Shown in pieces: positions 25,501 to 39,618 of a stretch of 64,000 nt of DNA; position 1 is the stretch's first letter, and every line of letters begins with the position of its first letter. The translations under genes and the position numbers were made by a program. Source of the DNA: Paragordius varius (taxonomy: Eukaryota > Animalia > Nematomorpha); NCBI GenBank assembly GCA_964247055.1, contig OZ176050.1, forward strand, positions 11,966,001 to 12,030,000, given 5' to 3'. The notes below the pieces were generated by a model. The model was not told the origin of the DNA, did not search any database, and saw nothing but the letters and a program-made list of their open reading frames with translations.

Positions 25501-28500
25501 GTCATTTATAGTGTCATTTTTATTTCTTTATTTAACATAATAAAGTTGTGAAATAAAAAATTGAGAAGGTAAATCTCTATTTACATCTCAAAATTGCAGC
25601 GTAAATACATATACCATTTACAGTTCAAATTCACCCTTTAACAATTCAAATTTACCCTTGAACAATTCAAATTCACCCTCGAACAATTCAAATTCACCCT
25701 CGACCAATTCAAATTCACCCTAAAAATAAGTTAAGTGTTTTCAAACTAAAATAACTCATTATTAATAAGAAATATATTTTTATGGCATAGTTTATTATTT
25801 TTTCAGTATTATTTTAATTTAAAACAAAATTTTTTATTTTTTAAAAATATATAAAAATATTGGTAATTTTTAATTTAAAAACATATATTTTATTTGAGGG
25901 TTGAATTGTTTAAGGGTGAATTTGAATTGTTCAAGGGTGAATTTGAATTGTTTAAGGTTTGAATTGTAAATGGTATATATTAAATAGAATCTGCAATATG
26001 GATGCGCATATAAAAAAGGCATATTTTTATAGGGTTTCCAACTAGACAAAAAATTTAAACTCTTATTTTTTTATGCCCTTAGTTTTCAATTTTAGTGGGA
26101 TTTTTATAATTTTTAAATTTTGCCAAAAAACCAATAACAGGGATCATAATTTTATGGTCCAAAAAATTAAAATAAAACCAATTAATTCAATAAAATATAA
26201 AATTTGTTTATGCACAAAAACCTAAAGTTAAAGTAGCATTCCCATCATTTATGTCTTGTCCTGCGATACCAACTAGAGAAAAGCGCATTCTTTGTTTTCC
26301 CAGACTTATGGCGTAATTGCAATTCTCAATTTTTTCCATGAAACCACACAACTTGCTGAAACGTTTATGCACTATTTTCCAATCCACCGTTCCAGGTTTT
26401 ATGATATCATATAGCTATAAAATATTGATTGATTTTATAATCAGTGCTTATTTAGTTTTAATTGATTTTCACTAGTACATTATAAGACCTCGTTTCAAAT
26501 AAGGTCAAGCTTTTTATATTAATAAAACACAGTGCATGGCTAGAAAAAATCTGTTTTCTCAATTCAAAACATCCCCAACCTTATCATTGGTGGGCCTTAA
26601 AATGCAAAGTAACATATTTTTGTGCGCCAAAAATCTGATATTAAAATTTAAAACCCCTTCGCATTCATATTAAGCATGGTTTGGATTGATAGTTTTTACG
26701 TGTTTATTTAGTTAGTTTTAAAAAACTAAAAAATGTTTTATAATTATTTATGCAGTCGACTGTGTTGCATAAAAAAATAAAATAATAAAGAACGAAAATG
26801 GACCAACTCGCCAAAACTATGGGCAATATTTTTTAAAATCCCTAATAATGATAATTTTTAGTACCTTTTATTATAATTTATAATGGATATATTAATAAAA
26901 AAATTAAATTACTTGTAAAATGACAAGTCCGTCACACAAATCACTGTAAAGCCAATTAACGCGTGGAGATACTCCCATACTATTCATCCAATTACGGTAT
27001 GCTTTAATATTTATAATTATAAAAATAGGTTAGTGAACATATTAAAATTAATACTAAAAATGAAAAAATATATGTATTTTTTATAAAACTGTGTATTAAA
27101 TTTCAAAAATCTTAAACAATTTTTTCCATCCGCGGTAAAAATTTATATTAAATTCCGAGATTTAACAACTATTTTTGCGCAAAAATATGTAAAAAAAAAC
27201 TTTGATGCCAAAATAGCCCACAAAAATGGTTAGACTGTAACTTTATATTTTTATAATTAGCAATTTTTATAATCTACTTTTCTCTTCACGCGTTTCTTCA
27301 ATCATAGACTCCTGGATTAATTCGGCTTTTGTGCCATTTTCTTCGATAAGCAGTCCAGGGTGTGAATTAAACATATTAGCTACGAATGCAATGTTTAGCT
27401 TGTAATTTCCATTGATTACATCGCGTGGTGACACAAAAGCGCGACACCGAATTTTATCAGCTTCCCGTAACATAAGTTCCGCCCTACGTTCTAAATCACT
27501 TTCCTATGAATAAAATAAATTACATATTAATTATTTAAAAATCCAATATAATTATGATAGGGCGTAAAATATAGAACCTGTAAAAGTTTGTTTATAGATC
27601 CGCAAAATATGCCATTTATTTAATACTATATGATTAGAGTTTGCTTAATATAAGAGATACCCTCCTGTACCTATTTTACAACCACCCTAACTTTCCAGAA
27701 ATATTGGCTGAATAAAAAAATCATAATTATTACCTAATTGTGTCTATATATTAGAAAAATTGTACTTTTGATTTACAAATTTACGCCTAATATTTTATCC
27801 AACATGTAATGAAAAAAATACCCGTAAACCGGATAAATTGATGGTTTTGTCTTTTGATGCTATTTGATGGATCAAATGAATGTAAGCGATCGAGTCCTGT
27901 AAAAATACCATAGATGTAAAAAACAATAAAACAACACTAACTCCGTAAAAATATAATTAAAATTGTCCCTAAAATGGAACCTGGAAATTAGTTAATTAAA
28001 TAAAACATTAATATACAATCATCATATAATGGAAATTTCGTTTCTGTTAACAAAAAATATTAATGATTTATATTTTGGCATAAATGATATTTACAAGATT
28101 CATCAAAAAAGATGGTTTGACGAAATACAAAAAGGTATATTCCGTTCATAATTTATCTTAAAAAATTTAATAAAACATCCAAATATCTACTGAGCCAATA
28201 AAATTTTACCATAATATCACTGGTAAAATTAGCAATCTGGCGATCACACCCAGCATTTGCTAAATGATAATTAACCCAACGGAGTAGAATGGCTTCAGTC
28301 GAAAGTTTCATCATATCTTCAAGTTTTTCGCCTTCATGCAACAATTTAATGAGACCGGGGCAATGTTGTAAATCCACTTGATTAAAGAGACCAATCTATA
28401 AAAAGAAAATAAAGCACACACATAATAAGTACCATCTACATGTTAGTAATTTTTATCAATTTCGTTACCGATTTTGACAAACTAGATGGATTTTTAAGGT

Positions 28501-31500
28501 TATAATCGGCTTTTTTGAATATAAAACTGGTTTTAAATTACCTGAATAACAAATTAAGTCTAAAGATGATTTATTTACCAGGAAAAATAAAAAATTATTG
28601 ATTAACCCGTCAATACCATATTTCAGTTTGTTATTTTTAATTTATTCTTCCATAATGGAAGCAATAAGTATCTTAAAAATTAACAACCAATCTCTTATTA
28701 TATTTCAGAATTCTTAAATTTTATACACAAAAAAGCCTCTTTAAATAAAATAGTTTACTCTAATAATTTGCCACAGTAGGCCCAAAACAAGGTGTGGTTT
28801 CCCCTTGGCCAAATCATCAGCTCCAATGTTAACTACGTTACAGCCTATGGACATGGCTGAGTTTATGCCAAGCACTAAATTCTCATGTTGCGTGTAAACG
28901 TTAAGATTGCGTTTATTAAGGACACGTTCATCAATCGTATCAGGACAGGAAAAGTTTATGATTTTACTGTTTAAGGAGAAGTGAGTGATAAAAAAATGTT
29001 AAAAAGTATATGTAATTAATGGCATAATATACCATTTACAGTTTGAATCCACCCTTAAACAATTCAAACCTCGAACAATTCATTTACCCTCAAATAAAAT
29101 ATTATTTTTTTAGGATTAAAAATTACCTATATTTTTATATGTTATATTTATATATATATATATAAATATAGGATTTACAACTACGTGTAGATTTGGAAAA
29201 TTAAAATTGTGTTATTAGTGATTTTTTGACATATAATAAAAAAATTTTACCATAAACAAAAATACACAAAGAATAATAAAATATTGGGTAAAACGTTTAA
29301 ACAGGTTATTTGAAAAAATATATTTTATGATATTATTTAATCTTTACCATTTCTTTACCATTTTTAAACCTAAAATAATCATTCATAAATAATCATGATA
29401 TTCCACTTATAAAAAGTGCTAATGCAATATTTTGCTGAAAATTCTCCATAATAATAATATTTTGCCAGGATAGATAGATAAATAGCAAAATAAATTACCA
29501 TAAAAGAATGCCATCTTTGACTTTATCGTACAGATCATGACCATCCTGATCGATAGGTAAAAGATAATGTAAATCATTGTCTAAACCCAAATTCCTGAAA
29601 AAATAATATACAATGATATGTAAGAATTATAAAAAAAGTATGTAAGATTGTTGTTTTGAGTTCCAATGAAATTATCGATTCAATATTTAGCTAGAATTTT
29701 TAAATTTTTAAAAATTACTTAAGTTAGAATTTGAAATGATATTTGGTCATTGCATGATGAGATACTCAAAATATCATTTTATTTAAATTTATTTGGCCAT
29801 AAATGCAATTATAAAGCCAATTATAATTATATTTAAAAAATTAAATAAGAAAATCATCTCCTTATTTTTATACATCTATATAATAAAAAAACCCGCAACT
29901 GGTAAAAATCCTTCAATAAATTAGTTGAATTAAAACAGTATCAAAAACATTCAAAATGGATAACTTACAAAAGGATTAAAAATTTTACGTGTTAATCCAA
30001 TGGGAGAAAGCCACCTGTTCTTCTTGTCGGATTGTGTGAGTAGTTCCTTCACTCGAAGTTTCTGACATGCCCCCATGTGTAACCAAGTTATCTTTGCGTG
30101 AAACCATAGATTTAAAACTTGTGGCAAATTCTTTCGATTTAATATCCCGATATAACTAAATGTAAATATAGTAGATATTAAAGTATATGGTTTTTAAAAC
30201 AAAATTTGGTTATCTGGTATAAAATACCCTTAAATAACCAATTATTATGTTAATATATTAAAAAAATAATTTTATGGAACCGATTTAACACATAAGCACA
30301 TTTTTAAAAAATGTCACACTTTATTTGGAATTTTAATGCATATGCAAAATTTATTAATAGGTGATAAGTCAATGTACTCAACACAGCACAACTTAAATGT
30401 GTACAAAAATCAATTTATTAGACAGGGAACTATGCTTAATCACGATTAAGGTGTATGCATTTAAAAACACCATTAAACTTAAAAACACATTTATTTAATA
30501 TTTTTTTAATAATTTCAAATCCAATGATTGTACATATATTTGTATTAGTCTATTCATAATTTTTTTCAACCACATCGAAAACAACAAAGAAACTCTTAAT
30601 TATGTATAATGGTGAAATACTAAACATATGGTAAATTTGATAAAATTTTCCAATTTTATATACGACCTTGAAAATGTGGCTAAAATATTTTATTAAAGTC
30701 AATATTATTATGGTCAGGTGCAAATATTACGTTTTACAACAAACAAAAATTCTTTTTAGTATAAAAAACCGACACGCTTGCCAAAAAGTATGTTAAAAAG
30801 CTATGACACATACAAAATTTTGTTATCAACAGGGATGAAAATAAACACAATTTTAGTTTTCTGCTAATAAAATTAATTAGATTTTTTAGCGTTAGGGGTT
30901 TTAGTTAAAATTGGTAAGTTCCGACAAAAAATTTGCAAAAATCCAAGCCTTGTGGTTAAAAAAGTGCCCAATAAATGTTTAGCATCAAATTTAAGTAGGT
31001 TGCCAACTAATATGATTAAATATTGTTCTTAACTGGTCCTAAAAAATATCAAACTCGGGATTATTTTATATGCTATATATTACTGTTTGATTTCAAGTGA
31101 TAATTGATATTCATAATGATAAGTAGGATTGTAAATACGTGTAATATTGAACCAAATTTATACTACAATCAATAGACATATTTATATTGGTACCAAGCAA
31201 CAGAAACTATATTTAATTATGTTGTACAACTTGCAATATCAAAGTAAAAACCATATTAGATAATCTCATATAAAGAAGAGTATATCTGGTTAATGTTTAG
31301 AAAATCCCTGTATAATAACTTTATCAAATTCAATTATTATTATACACATTACCAATAAGTAAGTAAAAATACCATAAAATTGTGGTCTTTTATGAAAAAC
31401 AGAAAATATAAAGACAGAGATAATCTTAATTCATTTATTTTCCTTGGTAGAAAAAAGCATATTTGTGATTCCATTCAGCAGCAATAATTATTCTACTAAT

Positions 31501-34500
31501 TCTATTACACAAGACTAATATGCCAAGTCAAGCGCATTCAATGAAAATAAAGCGGACAGATTTCGTTTAATTATTTCTTTTATTTTCAAACCATATCTGG
31601 CAAACAATTAGGCTTCTGAATATAAATACTTTTGTATTTATTGTGCTATATTAAATAATTAAATATCCAGTTTGTTTAACAAAAGTTTTATGACAAATAT
31701 GACTTAAGCGTTTATTGTCATTAGAATAATTGGCAATATAGAGATTTTAAAAATTTTCGACTTTCTTAGTACCTATTATCTAACTGTTTGTAGAAGGCCA
31801 TTATTAATGACTCTGCTAATTAATTATTTTTTATCCACATAAGCAATTCTTAGCCAAATTTAAAATATTATCAACATTGAGAATTAAAAATGAGGGAAAA
31901 TTTAAAAGTTATGATACAGTTAACAGAAGCAAAAACACAAAAAGTGGTAAATATAAGAGAAAAGCTGGTATTAGGACTTCAGCTTATTAGTAAATTGTTA
32001 AAAAAGATACTTAATCATTTTTCATTGGAATAACTTGATATAGAGGTGTCTTGATTTAGCTTATTCATATTGTTTTTAAGAATCACACAGTAAAAACATA
32101 TGCAAACCAGAGATCAGAAAAAGTACATAATTTTAAAGTGCTCTAAGTATTAACACATTAAAACCTAATGTAAATCAGGAACTTTTAAAGCTGATCAGCC
32201 CGATTACTATTAAATAATGATAAAATCAATATTTAGGTGACGATTAGGTTCTTTCATATATAGCCCGCTATAAATAGTCGCGAATTTTAATATCGAATTT
32301 TTTTCATTATTTATTTCAGTTAAATTTAAGACATTCTGAAACTTCAGTTATAAATTCATTCGTCAACCTCATAGCATGAATAAATTCTAACTGATTGGTG
32401 AGGTATTTTCCGAGATTTACAGCAGTTATCAACTCTATACTATTTAACTATTTTGGGTAAATAAAGCTTTGTTTGGCCATATGATTTATACCAATAGAAC
32501 AGATCACATAACTACTTGATTTATCCGGAATTTTCTATAATATTGTTACAGATAAAATAAATTATCTTAATACTAGTTTCAATTTTATTTCAAGACAAAT
32601 TAAGAATATATACCTTTGGAAAGAATTTTAGGTAAAAAAGAGAGGTGTCGAAAGTCACTGATAATAGATTAAGGGGCTGGGCCCTGCTTGAATACGATTT
32701 ATATTGAATATCGATAGGGTAACTAAAATTTAACGCATATGTCATATCTAGCAAACCGATCCGGAAAGAATTATTATTGGTAATCGAAAGCACGATGCTG
32801 AAAAAATTATTCAATAAATCGATTGAAGGGTTTATAATCCTAATTTGTCTAAAATTAAATTGGAAACGAGGAGCACAACTTCAGTCGCGAATCGGTCTAC
32901 CGGTACATATGAAGAGTTATTATATGTGAACACAAATTTATTTTGCATAAAATTCCGGAAGTTTCATTCCAAAATTGTTGAGTAGGATATATCTTTGGAA
33001 AAATTTACTGCTGGAAAAAACTTTTCTTCCTCAACAATCGGTTATAATTTAATCATGCCAAAAGGTTGGCAGATGCTATAATTGATTTTTTAGCACGTCT
33101 TAAAAACAACATTGTTAGCTAATATAAAAGAACATGAAATTTTTGATGTAATGAACCAACTTGATTTCACCTTAAAATGTATCATATTATTCTAACACTT
33201 ACCAAACTAAATTTGAAACAATGTTTAAAAAATCGTCTGCCCCATTTAAATTTGTTTTCGTGAAGAAAGAAATTTCAAATTTCGTAATTAAGTGCAGAAT
33301 CCATAAATATATTAAACTCCCTATGAAAATAGAAAACCAAACTAGGAAGACATATTTAATTTAATTTAGTAAATAATTATAATTGAATGATAACATATGT
33401 TCACTGACCTTTTCGAATTCATGGAAGGGGATATTTGATCTATCAGGATGTTTTCGTTCCCATTCGGCACACAGTTTACGCACTTCATATGGTGGAATTT
33501 TGATTCCGACTGCGGATAGCGCATCTCCCAAATCGGCTAATGGTATGTAATTTCCGCTTGTAATCTATATCATAGCAAACAAAATAATAAAATATAGGAT
33601 AAAATTCAATTCAACTTTTAAATTAATTCAACAAGGTATTATTATTGACTACAAATACACTTTCAAACTCTTTTTGTGCGTTGGGTCATTTTTTAACATT
33701 TATATTTAGACATAAATAGAGGGCATAGAACTGCTTTATAATCAATTTTTTCCGTTTTCCAAAATATTTCTGATAATAAGGCATAAATCCACTTAAAATC
33801 CCTAAAATTTTAATTAAACAGATATGAGGGAAACTCTAACCTCTAACAAATTCATTAATTAAAAATCTATACCGAATTTAATAAGAACGTTAATTTAATA
33901 AATTCGGATGCGAACTTGTGTAATTTTTTTCCTTTAACAAAGTTTTTAGTTTTACCTACCGCGGAAATTCAGAGTTTAGTATCTTTTACGTAAAATACCG
34001 AGGAATTGACTAAATAAAGTGTGACTGTAAAAAACCATCCTAGTCTTTTTAAAGAATTAAATTTTTTTTCGTTATTTTTATTACAATTTTAACAAAGTAA
34101 CATAACATTTAATGTATTGCTTCTAAAATAATTGATAATTAACAAATATTAAACTATAATTATTTTGCTGTTGTAAAAAAATTGCAAATAATTATATCAA
34201 TTATACGTTTCGTATTAGGTAGCTAGGTAATTAAAAAAAAAGATACAGAAATAAATGTGACACATTTGTTGCAATAAAAATAAATACAGGTTATAAACTA
34301 CTGTTATTACAAACTATAAAATTTTATCCACGGTTAAAGATTAATAATTAATATAAATTATTTTCATGTTTATGTTTAAAATTTAAAACAACACCTAATT
34401 AACCATAAAGTTTTAATTTATACTATGCCAAAGTGTTTAAGAATCTAAAAATAAAAGGTGTGTGAGGTTGTTGGGTATTAAACAATTTTCTTTGAAAAAT

Positions 34501-37500
34501 TATAAAATTCCTTACAGATTGCCCTTAACAAACATCATTTTAATGAGATATTTTTCTATCATTTTATTAATGGACAAATTATCTTAAATATTGTTCGGTT
34601 TATTAATATTTTTGTAAATATTTTAATATAAATGTTAAATCTAAATTTAAAATTTCTGTTATCAATTATACATATATTGTAATCAAGAAAAGTTTAATTT
34701 GGCAATAAAAAAAATAGATAAAGTGTGACAAAAAAACGGAAACCATTAATTATGGTTTGTGTTTTGTAATACGCACTAAACTAATATTAAAAACAGTCGC
34801 GCATATTTTTTCAAATCTTAATATTGCTGCTAAACGCATATTTATTTACATATTATAAAATGAAAAGATAGTAACAAAATATACTATTCCAGGAAACAGG
34901 AAAGATGATTTAAGAATAAAATAAAAAAATTAATATTATATCATCTTCAACTATTACATATATATTAAAATTTATTTACTATCTAACTTTACATGTGTAG
35001 AAAGGGAATATTTAGCCTAGTTATAACTGTGTAATTCATAGCAAAAAACTGTTAAAAAGTTATAAACGAACGCACATCATAAAAATGGTGAAAAAAGGTG
35101 TGCATTGTGCCGACACATAAAAAAATTGAAACGAAACCCTGTTTTTAACTTATACTTTTAATTAATTTTAGATAGATGTATGATACTTAAAACAATTTGA
35201 CAACTTATTAAAAACTTAATTATAGATTTCCGATTGCTTTAAAAGTGAAAAAAATATTAAAAAATTTAAACCGTATGGAAATATATAATTGGTGTTCAAT
35301 AATTTTACGATTCCGGCGGATTTCGATTAACATTCCATATATTGAAAACATCTTTTAATATTCTAAATTATATTTAATATCTTATGTTCACCTAAACAAA
35401 TTTCAGGGAGGATATATAATTTTTTTACATTAAAAATATATTTTCATTAATGACATGGTTATTTGAAAAAAGCCCTAAGACATGTAGAGTAATGTACATT
35501 TTATCATGACATTGAAATATAACTATGGGAAAACTTTATTATTAAAATATTACACAAAAAATTATGAGAAGGTCCAAAAACACACATCTATTTACAATTT
35601 AAATTTAATTAAAAATTAAAAAGATTTTTAAAAAAATCCCATAATATAAAATTAATCAAATCACCATTAGTTGTTTTTTTATTTGAATGTGAAAATTTTA
35701 ATACATATTTTAACGTTATATCAATGTGACAAAATGACAAGCCCAATTTTTTTCTAATCGTAATTTTGGGGTTAAAAGGGATTGGTTAGTGTCAGCATTA
35801 ATTTTGTACATTAAAATAAAATTTAATGATAATTGAAAATGAAATTAAATTTTAAACAAAGTAACGATAATTATGATAATTAAAATTAATTATATAAATA
35901 TATATATGATATAAAAAATTGTGAAAAATATGGTTATATTTATAAATTTAATTGTAATGAAAAAGTTGTTGTTTTAGAGGTGTATGATTATGTTATGCCT
36001 TAAAATTTTTTAGATATATACACACAATTTAATTTTAAAACAATTATGATTAATTCAAAAGGTATTTATGAAATGTTTCAAAATTGTAATTAGATTTACT
36101 ATATTTTTTATATATGAGATTTTAACTCAAATTTGCCTGAACTTTCCAGCATGGCAAAGATTCGGGTTGACGGGGAATAAATTAATTTTTAAAAAGTTAT
36201 AAAAAAAGAGGAGTAATTAATGTCCACTCAAATATTTTTTATTAAAATGAAAAGTATATATCTCGGAAATATGATAATTTGAATATTACGAGGATCGAGT
36301 TTGGGTTGTAATTAATGTATATTCGGGACTTGACTCTATATAAAATTACCAGTAAAAACATTTAGAGAGGCGTGATAAAACATGATAAATATAGTATGAA
36401 ATTTAATATTTATGTAACATCTAAAACAGAGATATCTTCCAACACGCTTTTTTCGGTACGCAAAAGTGCTGTAAAAAATGCTAAAAAATAAAAAATTAGT
36501 TAATCAAAATTTTTCATATATATATATATATATATATAATTGTTTTGATTTAAAGACAAATTTTGCAATAACCATTTTTTCACAAAATGAATAGGATATA
36601 TGTTATTAAATTTTTGTACTGAATCCTATTATTAAATTTTATCAATTAATTTTTTTAAAAAAGCATATATAAAATATTCATATTATACATATTAGTAAAA
36701 AATGATAATTAATAAAATTGTTGAAAAAAAACGAACATTACGTTTCGTTGAACTAAATTTTGATATCTATAAATTTATATCTTCTGCAAAAAAATCATCT
36801 AAAACTAAAAACCACAGAAAAAAATTAATGATATATCCAATTAAATACATTATATATATTCATATATAATGTATTTAGATTTAGGCCAGGAAAGAATAAC
36901 TCATGTTTCAAAATGTATGATAAATACTTTATATTATTAATATAATTTTCAGCCTGATTGAATATTTATTTATATATCATAAATAATGAAAAAATGGGTT
37001 TTGGCATAATTATATTCCTCTTATAATATATTATTAAATAAAGTGAAATAATTATTTATAAATGCTTATCGAAAGAATATAGCCATAATAATAGAAGTTG
37101 GGTTGGGTTAAACCGGTTCATAACTGAAAATGTCACCAATTTTAGTAATAGCCAATAAAATTATTTATAAAAATTATATGAAAATTTAAAAATTTTTGTT
37201 AACCGGCATCAATATATTTTTAACACTAAAATTTATTTTATTTTGTTCTGTTATAACATAGTAGCATTTTTGATTTCAATGTCCTGATTATGACGATCAA
37301 TAATTGCATTTCAAAGCGATCAGACCGAATATTATAATTAACCGGAAACCATACACTTCAACTACACCATATTTTCACAAATAAAAAAAGGTTTAAGAAA
37401 ACTAATCACCATTTAGATGAAAAAAATTTATAATTAATATAATTTTGATAGTAAAATTTTAGCTGAAAACCAAACATCGTAGGCAAAATGTAACAAGATT

Positions 37501-38780
37501 CATAAACAAGGCCTACAAAGCAAGATTTTCAATAAATATATATTTTTTTAAATCCTTTTTAAACTTATATAATTTGCTAATTTAATTTTTTAACATTTTT
37601 TAGCTATAAGAATGATTTTAAAATATGCAAATTGAAAAAATAATTAAATATATTCATAGATTACACATAAACTGTTATAGAGATATCATCTTTACCTACA
37701 TCTAAGTTTAGGCATTACCAAGAATTTTAATGATCAAGCTATATAACATATAAAAATTAGAATTTAACAACGATTTATAGCGCTATAAAATCCACAACAA
37801 ATAAAAAACTTCATTGGATTTAACCGAAGAAATGTTATAATAATAAAAATTTATTTTAATCCTTATGTGCCGTATTTAGGATGATTTATATAATAAATAA
37901 ATCTAAATTTTTTTGCAAAAATAAAAATTATTCTGCTATCCAACTTTCAAAAACAAAAATAGCCCTCCGAAAAATAAATTAATTTTTCCCCTTCTTAGTA
38001 AAAAAATATTATTGATTTTTAGTTCGTGCGCACATTTGAATTCATCTAAAGAGAATTTCATTATGGTGCTCTGTACTTTATCCTAAACATAAAGTGTAAA
38101 ATTAAAGTACCCACGCGCACTTTATTCCAATACACTCTTGTTCGTAAACAATTACATAATTACTTTATAGAGAGCAAAAATAATTTTATATATTGATTTA
38201 TGTAAAAATGAACATCCCTAATTTAGAAAAGATGTCACCAAAAATTGCCTGGATAAAAAGCGACGCGCAACACCCAAGAGAGTGAGGACAGAAGAAGCTT
38301 TTTTAATTAATAATACATTTGGAATTTGACAATTTATACATTGTAAAAATTGCAATACTAAAAAGACGTGTTATTAAATATAATCAAAAGCAACTTTTAG
38401 AAACTTTATTAAGATATCAAAGTAATATCATATTTAGTAATTTAAATTGGATAAAGCAGGTAAAACAATAATATTAATAAAAAATTAATCACTGTTGAAT
38501 CAGACGTTCACTTATAACAGATAAGTAACAAGTTTGCAAAAAACTATAGCAAATACAAATTCAAATGCCAAGTTTACGTTAAAAGGTGAATTAATATAAT
38601 GAGTAGCGAAATATCCTGAAATAATATTTATTATTTTATAAATTTCAATACAATAGAAAATATTTAAATCAAAATAATTAAGATATATATTAATATTAAA
38701 TTAACCGTTTTAAAAGAATGCGATAACTCATCCCGTTGCTCTTGGGATAGTGTGATATTTTGGCTTCTAAAATCGCGCAT
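18533..38780 (-). CDS. fim: Plastin/fimbrin (EF-hand headpiece plus 4 CH domains) with a long Ser/Asn/Pro-rich C-terminal extension; 20 exons, about 1109 aa
   Basis: Core exons: 38780-38706 ([25 protein letters not shown]), 33564-33409, 30155-29989 ([19 protein letters not shown]), 29594-29499, 28966-28759 ([14 protein letters not shown]), 28395-28210 ([12 protein letters not shown]), 27896-27822, 27503-27278, 27001-26913 ([10 protein letters not shown]), 26414-26222, 25422-25301 (LVWQLMRAY), 24877-24734, 24218-23969 ([36 protein letters not shown]). Tail exons: 22679-22599, 21716-21416, 20901-20612, 20198-20055, 19769-19576, 19063-18931, 18732-18533. All phases are compatible; total 3330 nt. 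The core is secure, while joining of the tail is predicted. Confidence 0.9.
22543..22597. repeat. (AT)n microsatellite, about 55 bp, the longest in the window
   Basis: Perfect dinucleotide run starting at the GT donor of the 81-nt plastin exon. Shorter (AT)n runs occur near 3820, 11642, 14914, 36517, 45600, 53232 and 54935. Confidence 0.95.
22748..23866 (+). other. Probable endogenous viral element: C-terminal part of a negative-strand RNA virus nucleoprotein (qinvirus/chuvirus-like), flanked by 262-bp inverted arms
   Basis: Intronless purine-rich frame 23010-23864 with one internal TAA (23628-23630): [52 protein letters not shown], then a helical tail. From memory this resembles Haploviricotina (especially Qinviridae segment-2) nucleoproteins; no search was run. 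Arms 22748-23009 and 23605-23866 are inverted copies with about 9 differences. The inverted repeat is certain; the viral identity is moderate. Confidence 0.7.
25612..25975. mobile_element. MITE family A, complete copy, in a plastin intron
   Basis: TA|TACCATTTACA(G/A)TTCAAA ... TTTGAATTGTAAATGGTA|TA, with inverted subterminal arrays of a 21-bp unit GAACAATTCAAATTCACCCTT. Confidence 0.85.
29030..29150. mobile_element. MITE family A, truncated copy
   Basis: TACCATTTACAGTTTGAATCCACCCTTAAACAATTCAAA followed by the reverse complement of the family interior. Confidence 0.7.
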
Positions 38781-39618
38781 TGTCTGTACAGGTTAAAAAA
38801 CACGTGTTAAAAAGAGTAAGTACTTTTCATATGAATAAAATATTTAACAAAATAAAAAATAAATATATTTCAAACGTGAGCCGATGGTTAGTAATATATA
38901 ACTTAGGTACTGAGTATTCAAAAAAATTTTTTTAAATGCTAATGCTATTAAATAAAATATTCATTCTACAGCCTTTCCCTTGCATACACACAAAAAATTG
39001 GGATTAGTGACACATGCTAAATATAACTTAAGAAATTATTATCCATAATCTTTATAAATATTTTTAGTAAGATGTTGTTTGTACTAAAAGCATTTTCTAA
39101 TATCCTTAAAACGGAAATTTTTATAAAGTACGTTTTTTCCCATTCGTATAAGTCTCTAGATTGGCATCGATTGTTTATATGTTGTAATAACTTTCTTAAC
39201 AATTCTTTACATTTTAGTTTGTACGCGATGATATTTTGGTTTAGTTTCCTGTGCATTAGCTAAATAAAAGATGCCAAATACAACCTTTCTGTTTATAAAA
39301 TTAGATGGTGATTTAAATAAAATTAAGCTATAATTTTAGTGTTTGAAATAAACTCGATATAATTTCAAATGTTGCAAAATAAAAGTGGTGGACTAGTTTA
39401 TTTAAAACCAAATTTTATTTAGATATTTTGGTTCATTTAAAAAAATTATATTAGGATAGAATCATATATTATAACCGTTTCTTTCAGTAGTATTTAAATA
39501 ATATCAATTTAAAAGGACACAAAGAGAGTCGAAATCGAATTCAAGTGTTAATTATATTTTACATTTAAATGAAAATAACACAACATTTTGCTATATATAT
39601 ATATATTATCCTGTATAA

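Noticed and set aside
33600-38700. Search for tRNA, snRNA or rRNA genes or a nested gene in the 5-kb plastin intron 1 and other long non-coding stretches
   Set aside because: No cloverleaf, A/B-box pair or credible exon chain was recognised by eye; tRNAscan-SE and Infernal would be needed to exclude them.
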